Assembly: GCA_033442325.1 (NCBI GenBank)
Contig: JAWQFM010000036.1
Span: forward strand, 537,817-601,816
Direction of reading: 5' to 3'
From: Salpingoeca rosetta
Lineage: Eukaryota > Protista > Choanoflagellata
DNA: 64,000 nucleotides
Positions 57,967 through 64,000 of the stretch are shown one piece after another. The first letter of the stretch is position 1. The number at the start of each line of letters is the position of its first letter. A program made the translations under genes and the position numbers. The notes under the pieces were generated by a model that did not search any database, was not told where the DNA came from, and was given only the letters and a program-made list of their open reading frames with translations.

Positions 57967-58670
57967 TCACTCCATCAGCACGTGAATGTGCGGCCGCATC
58001 GGCAGCGGGTTCGGCCACAGCGTGCGCGACGCCCAGCAGCCTTGTCGGAGGGCTGGGTCGCCAGAATGTACTCGCTGTCCGTCCGCGACCGTGCGGAACA
58101 GCACGTCGTCGCTGCAGGCCCACGCCAATCGGGGATGCGCCCAACTCTCGTGCTGCACCTCCACCACCGTCTCCTCCTCGGGGTTCAGGTTGCCCGTCCC
58201 CAGCGACAGGTCCCACCATACAAAGGGCTGCAGCGACGTCAGGAACGTGAAGAGGTCTGCGTTCCGGCAGCGTGCTTCCGCAGTCTTGTCTCCTCGTCGG
58301 TCTGGCTGCGCATCATGCCCGCGAACACGGCGGCAATCCCTGACAGCAGCTTCAGCTTCGTCTCGAACGGCGCCTGCAGCGTCTTCTCGTTGACGACCAC
58401 GTGCGTGTCCTTGTCCACCTCGCGCGCGCGCGTGTACTCAGGCGACAAGTTAGAGCACATCTCCCGCGTTTGGGGCGCACCCGTCCGTCTGCGCAAACCA
58501 CAATCGTGTTGACGGTGTTGTTGTGCTGGAACGTGCGCTTGGGGTCCCGGCTCCCTCCACACGTGCCTGCCGGGGTCGGCGAGCGACCTGAAGCCAAGCG
58601 GCCGTGGCGGCGGTGGGTCGATGGTGAGTCCGCCATCCCCGTTCACCTGCGGCGCGATGGCATCCCGACA
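57967..58670 (-). pseudogene. Unidentified protein-coding fragment, apparently frameshifted
   Basis: Coding-like, GC3-rich sequence whose protein-like text switches frame (REVDKDTHVVVNEKTLQAPFETKLKLLSG... to ...FTFLTSLQPFVWWDLSLGTGNLNPEEETVVEV). No start exon found. Confidence 0.4.
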
Positions 58671-58809
58671 GATGTGCTTTGTTCTTGGTGGTTGTTGGTG
58701 GTGGCGGGAGGGGGAGGAAACGGAGGCCACAATGGGCGGGCAAATGGCTGGGCGTGGCTGTGGAGAACTAGTGGCAACGGAGCATGTCAGCTGTTTGCAC
58801 TTGTCGACA

Positions 58810-59273
58810 TAGATGAGCTGCAATGTATGCAAAAGCGAGGAGAGGTGGTCGCCTGTTGGACAGGCGAGGAGACGGGTGAGTGATTGATGAGGAGGAGCAC
58901 GACAGGTACACACGGGGGACTCAGGTGAACCGCAAACAAGGGTGCAGACAAGGGCGCAAACGCATGCACGCACGAACGCACGGCCGATGGAGGTGTCTGT
59001 GTCGTTGGCGAGAGTGAGCCAGGTGCGGGTGACGGTGGTAGCAGCGATGGTGCCGCTGCGTTTCAGCTCTTCATTCGATTGAGACAGCTGCCATACACGA
59101 GGTGCAATGCAGAAGGGATTGTGGTGGTGGCGGTGTTGGTGTGAAGGGTGAGAGGCGCTTTTCATGGAAGGACATTATGTTGTCCAACACGCCTTCCCCA
59201 ACGCACAAGTTCATGCACACACACACACACACTCACTCACACACACACACACACACACTCACTCACTCACACA

Positions 59274-59343
<70 letters not shown>

Positions 59344-60015
59344 ATCTTCCTCTGAGGCCTGGGGCTGCGGTGCACTGGCGGTGAAACGTGAGCGTGGTCA
59401 GGACACGGAAGAGCTGCCGGATGTGGATGAAGTGCAGGTTGCTTAGGCAGTCCAGGGTGCCGTCCAACATGAGCGCAAATGGGTGCAGCAGCTTCAGGTG
59501 GCCTGTGGCCAGCGACAGTAGCAGCACAGGCATGGCTGCGTCCACCTCCTGTGCCTGCCCCGTGCCAATGTGCGCCACCGGCGCCCCAACCACCTCCTGC
59601 TGTGGAGGCGAGGTGGCGGCTGCCGCCGGTTCAGGATGTTGGCCATGTGCACAATCGACTTGAACCACATCAAGAATGCGCGCGTGTGTCTGGCAAACAT
59701 GGCAGCAGCCATGACGGCGGTGAGCCGGCCCGTGCTTGCAAGCTTGATCACGGTGGTCTCTGCGCCGCGGCAGTGGGCGTTCTGGTGCTTGGTGAAGCAG
59801 CAGCAGCACAAGCAGGTCGAGGGCGGTGATTGGCTGGGCCACCGTCGTTTTGAGTTGGCCGCAGCCACGCCTTTGCAATGCGCGCATCAAATGCCAGCCC
59901 GTTCTTGATGGCAGCCACCACAGACAAGCACATGGTGATCGTCGCCTTGTTGTTGGTGTTGCATGTTCGCTGTCAGCGCATTCACATCATCCATTCCATC
60001 CGCTGAACATCAACG

Positions 60016-60047
<32 letters not shown>

Positions 60048-60508
60048 AAGGCATGTGAGGGATCGGCTGCGAGAGAACAAGCCGCAGTGACACTTGCAGA
60101 CAGGCGCATGTGAGATCACCGTCACACACTGTCACACACTCTGGCATCATCTCCCACTCCTCGCCGCCCTCAACAGTACCGCCACCACCTTGCTGCATGA
60201 GAAACTTGATGACGATTGGGAGGCACGCTGTACTGTACGATCCAAGCTGGCTCAACACGTGGTCGCAGATCTCGCGCAGGCACGCCTGCGCCACACTGCA
60301 CAGTAGGGTGTGTATGTGGGGGAGGGGGAGGGGGAAAGATGGTGAGGGATGGTGGTGGAATGGCTGCGTTGCAATCCAAGAACTTAGTGGCTGAGGAACA
60401 CACCACAGATACACAGCATCATCGACAACACCACCACCAACATCATCAACGTCGTGTTCGTACTTGAGGTCTGAGAATGCGTCTAGGATGGCCGGCACCA
60501 ACGACGGC
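58810..60508 (-). pseudogene. FANCD2: FANCD2-like degenerate fragment with introns and frameshifts
   Basis: PSLVPAILDAFSDLK, LREICDHVLSQLGSYSTACLPIVIKFLMQ, AIKNGLAFDARIAKAWL, LDLLVLLLLH, QQEVVGAPVAHIGTGQAQEVDAAM...LDCLSNLHFIHIRQLFRVLTTLTF and QLSQSNEELKRSGTIAA resemble FANCD2 segments in order. Three different frames are needed within 59450-59900. Confidence 0.75.
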
Positions 60509-60531
60509 TGTGTGTGTGTGTGTGTGTGTGT

Positions 60532-60764
60532 NNNNNNNNNNNNNNNNNNNNNNNNNNNNNNNNNNNNNNNNNNNNNNNNNNNNNNNNNNNNNNNNNNNNN
60601 NNNNNNNNNNNNNNNNNNNNNNNNNNNNNNNNNNNNNNNNNNNNNNNNNNNNNNNNNNNNNNNNNNNNNNNNNNNNNNNNNNNNNNNNNNNNNNNNNNNN
60701 NNNNNNNNNNNNNNNNNNNNNNNNNNNNNNNNNNNNNNNNNNNNNNNNNNNNNNNNNNNNNNNN
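60532..60764. other. Assembly gap (233 N)
   Basis: Run of N. Confidence 1.
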
Positions 60765-61042
60765 CATGTGCGCATGTGTGAGCGTGAGTGTGCGTATCTC
60801 CATGTGTTTTCCACAATCCTATATCAAGCAAGATGGTGTCATGGTGTAGTGAAACGTGGTGACAGCACTGACGCATGCTGATCGTTTGACACTCGCCTTC
60901 ACTTACCCTCCATTACCCCTCACTATCCATCAACGATCACCGACAAGCGTGTACAAGGAGGGCGTGGTATCGCCGAGGATCAGTCAAGATCACCGGTCCC
61001 ATACACCAGTTTTTTCACATTTCTTGTAGGTGCAGATGATTT

Positions 61043-61143
<101 letters not shown>

Positions 61144-61252
61144 AACATGTCGATTGATGGGATTTCAACTCGACTGTATGCACACTCACCTACTATCTTG
61201 ATCCATACACACGAACCCCCCTCGACATACAATATCACACAACCTGTTGACA

Positions 61253-63225
61253 GCAAGTGTGTGCTGTACGAGAAGCCGCTGCTGGAGAGCGGGACGATGG
61301 GCACGGGCGCCAACGTCGACGTCATTGTGCCGCACACCATCAACTCATACAGCGACGGCGGCGACGCAGAAGCAGGTATGTGTGCTGTGTACACGTGCGT
61401 GTGTGCATTTGAGAAGCTTACACGGTCGTTTGCATCTATCCAGCCCCATCGTCTCACCGCCACTCAACATCCCTTCTTTCATCTTCTTTTTCTGTTCTCA
61501 GGTGGCGGCATCCCCCATGTGCAGGCTGCGCAACTTCCCGCACCTCATCGAGTGGGGCGCGGGCCAAGTTCACGGACCTGTTTGTGAGCCCTGCGTCGCA
61601 GCTGCAGCAGTTCTTGGAGGATCCTGAGGGATTCACCTTGGGGCTGGAGACGAAGATTGAGCAGCACGTGGGCGGCGAGCGGATTGGCGCCCTCGAACGC
61701 GGCGTGGACACGCTCAAGGCCATCAAGGACCTCGCCGCACAGGTGCTGGTGTTGTTGTTGTTGTTGAAGGTGGCAGCGTGTGGTAATTGTGTGGTAATTG
61801 TGTGATGGATGTGATGACACACCCTTTCCTGCTTATGAGGGTTAACATCTCCGTACCTTCACCACCACCGACACGTACTTTCTTTCAGCTGCAAGAGAAG
61901 CCGACGATGGAGACCTGTGTGTCGCTGGCGTGGTGCGACTTCCACGCGTTTTCCCGCGACGTCATTCTGGACCTCATTGCCACCTTCCCCGCAGACGCAA
62001 AGACCAAGAGTGGAGAGCCCTTCTGGTCAGGTGAGGACTCGCGCGCGCGTGTTTGTTTGTTTGTGTGTGTGCGTGTGTGTGTGTGCGTGTTGTTTGTTTG
62101 TGTTCGCTCTGGCAGCACCACCCACACCGCAACTGATCGTTTGCTCGCCTCGCCCCTCGCCCCTCGCCCGTCGTGTGTGCTGCCCATAAAGCCTACAAGA
62201 TCTTCCCCGAGGTGCTCGAGTTTGATCCGCAGAATCCGCTGCACAAGGCGTTTCTGATTGCCGTCACCAACCTCGACGCACGTGTCTTCAAGGTGGGCTG
62301 GCTGTGGGGTGCCTTGTTTGCTTTGGGGTTAGGTGGTGGTGGGGGGTTGCTTTGGGGTGAGGTGGTGGTGGCGGTTGCGTGCGGTCGTTTTCTGCTGACG
62401 CCCCTGCCTCATCTGCGATGATGTTCAGGTGCACCCGACCAAGTACCCGAGTAAGGAGAACAAGCTCCACATCAAGCGGTGAGCCGCGATGGCATGGGCT
62501 TTGCTTGGAGCTTTTTGCAGCATTGAATGGCTACGACGCTTGTGACTCGACACACACAAACACACACATACACATGCACACACCCACCCACATGCACATG
62601 CACACACACACATGCGCACACACACACATACACACACAAATTCTCGTGCCGTTCCTCATGCTTGCGCATGATGTGCCTTGTTTTGGAGACAGATGTTGCG
62701 GCGTGGTTCATCAACAAGCGCAAGGTGTACCCTGTCAAGCCTGACCTTGACGACTCCAAGCTCCCGCCAATCGACATCCCCATCGTACGTGCCCAACGCG
62801 GTGCCACGAAGCAGGGTGAAGAGTGTCTGAATGTGTGTGCGTGTGTGTGCGTGTGTGTGTGCGTGTGAGTGTATGTGTGTTTGAGTTGGCAGCAGTTGCT
62901 GTGAGTCTCAACTGCACCCACTTGTGAATCCTCACACGCACACACACACACACACTCACTCACACACACATAACACACATAACACACATAACACACGAAC
63001 ACACAGAATGCGCCAGATCATGCAGACTGGCGGGACGCAGGTGAACGCCCTCATCCAGGCGAGCGCAAGGCAAGGAGCTCTGGCAAGATGCCCGAGGCCA
63101 CGGGCCAAGGCGACGCGCCAACCGACAAGAGCATCAAGCGCCTGGCACAGGAGGCAGGCCTGGACACCAAGAAGAAGAAGCTGCTTGTGTTTGACGACGT
63201 CGCCCTGACAAACGAGGATGGCGAC
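61253..63225 (+). pseudogene. Ubiquitin-activating enzyme E1 (UBA1/UBA6-like) fragment, frameshifted and internally deleted
   Basis: KCVLYEKPLLESGTMGTGANVDVIVPH, IP/MCRLRNFPHLIEW/ARAKFTDLF (two frame breaks, and the usual HCIE residues missing), LIATFPADAKTKSGEPFWS, LEFDPQNPLH, and a UFD-like end KKKLLVFDDVALTNEDGD. No FEKDDD segment seen. Confidence 0.8.
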
Positions 63226-63578
63226 GTGTGTGTGTGTGTGTGTGTGTGCTACACGTACATCCTTAAGCTGTTGCTCTTCCCACTGCAACAGTTGTTCCTT
63301 TCTCTTCTGTTGGTGCTATGACCTTTCTTTCGTGTTCCGTCCACGTTGCGTGCGTTGGCTCAGTTCTTTGGCTCACACCATCGAGCACGTTCAGTGCAGC
63401 CACTCATCCATTCAACGACACTTCCCTCTCAACACAAACCACGAATATACATCGCACATCCATTTCAGCACCAGTCTTCCCAGGACATCAAGAACATCAA
63501 GCAGCCAAGCAGACACGCACTCCTACTCTCGTCTCTCTGAGGCCTCCTGGCAGCTGTCCTTCTGCTTCTTCTGAGCAG

Positions 63579-64000
63579 GGCGGCTACTCCTACGTCAACG
63601 CCAGTCCCGATGGCCGCCTGCTGGTGGTTGAGTCGTTTGTGTGGGACATGCACAGGCTGACATGCAAGCAGCGCGTGCCCATCACAGCAACCGACATGGT
63701 GTGGACCAAGGACGGCAAGCACCTCATCGGCCCCTCTTACTCCCCTACTCCCGCGTGAACATCTGCGGCCTCGGTGCACATGAGGCTGAACGCACAGTCA
63801 TCTTCGGGGATCTTTCCTGGCGCTGAGCTTGCATGCGCCGCCGCGTCCGATGGCGTCATCGAGAGGTGGCAGAAGGGAGCCCTAGGAGTGCAAGCTGCAC
63901 CGCGTGCCAGACCTCAAGTGCATGGCGGTCGTGCCGTGCCGTCAACTCCGACACACGCCGCTGCATTGCAGTCACGCCCACTCTGTACATCGCGGACAAC
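63579..64000 (+). pseudogene. WD40-like degenerate fragment
   Basis: VNASPDGRLLVVESFVWDMHRLTC...MVWTKDGKHLI, followed by a stop and frame switches. Confidence 0.45.

Overview
Intron-rich eukaryotic DNA with (CA)n/(GT)n microsatellites in nearly every intron and many polyQ/D/N tracts. This style and the gene content point to a choanoflagellate, probably Salpingoeca rosetta (inference). Most ORF-track entries are microsatellite or antisense artefacts, so I assembled gene models by hand from splice sites and reading-frame phase. In order: a signal-peptide LRR receptor-like gene (runs off the left edge); a coiled-coil hypothetical; MRPS36/KGD4; a low-complexity hypothetical; an EF-hand/CaaX protein; a PA-like + BED-like finger + SAM-like protein; an atypical mitochondrial carrier; a Musashi/hnRNP-A-like two-RRM protein; a kinesin-6 (KIF20-like); a TRP channel-enzyme; a TIR/HET-like-TPR-PH protein; and, from about 58 kb, decayed FANCD2-, E1- and WD40-like fragments. 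The main highlight is 44.8-57.7 kb. A phase-consistent model joins a mucin-like/3-TM module, a TRPM-type SLOG domain, a TRPV/TRPA-like 6-TM pore and a NUDT9-type ADP-ribose hydrolase with an intact Nudix box. This gene lies head-to-head with a TIR/HET-like-TPR gene, suggesting a Thoeris-like nucleotide-signalling pair (hypothesis). The second highlight is a compositionally foreign, hairpin-rich island of about 180 nt inside an intron of the RRM gene.
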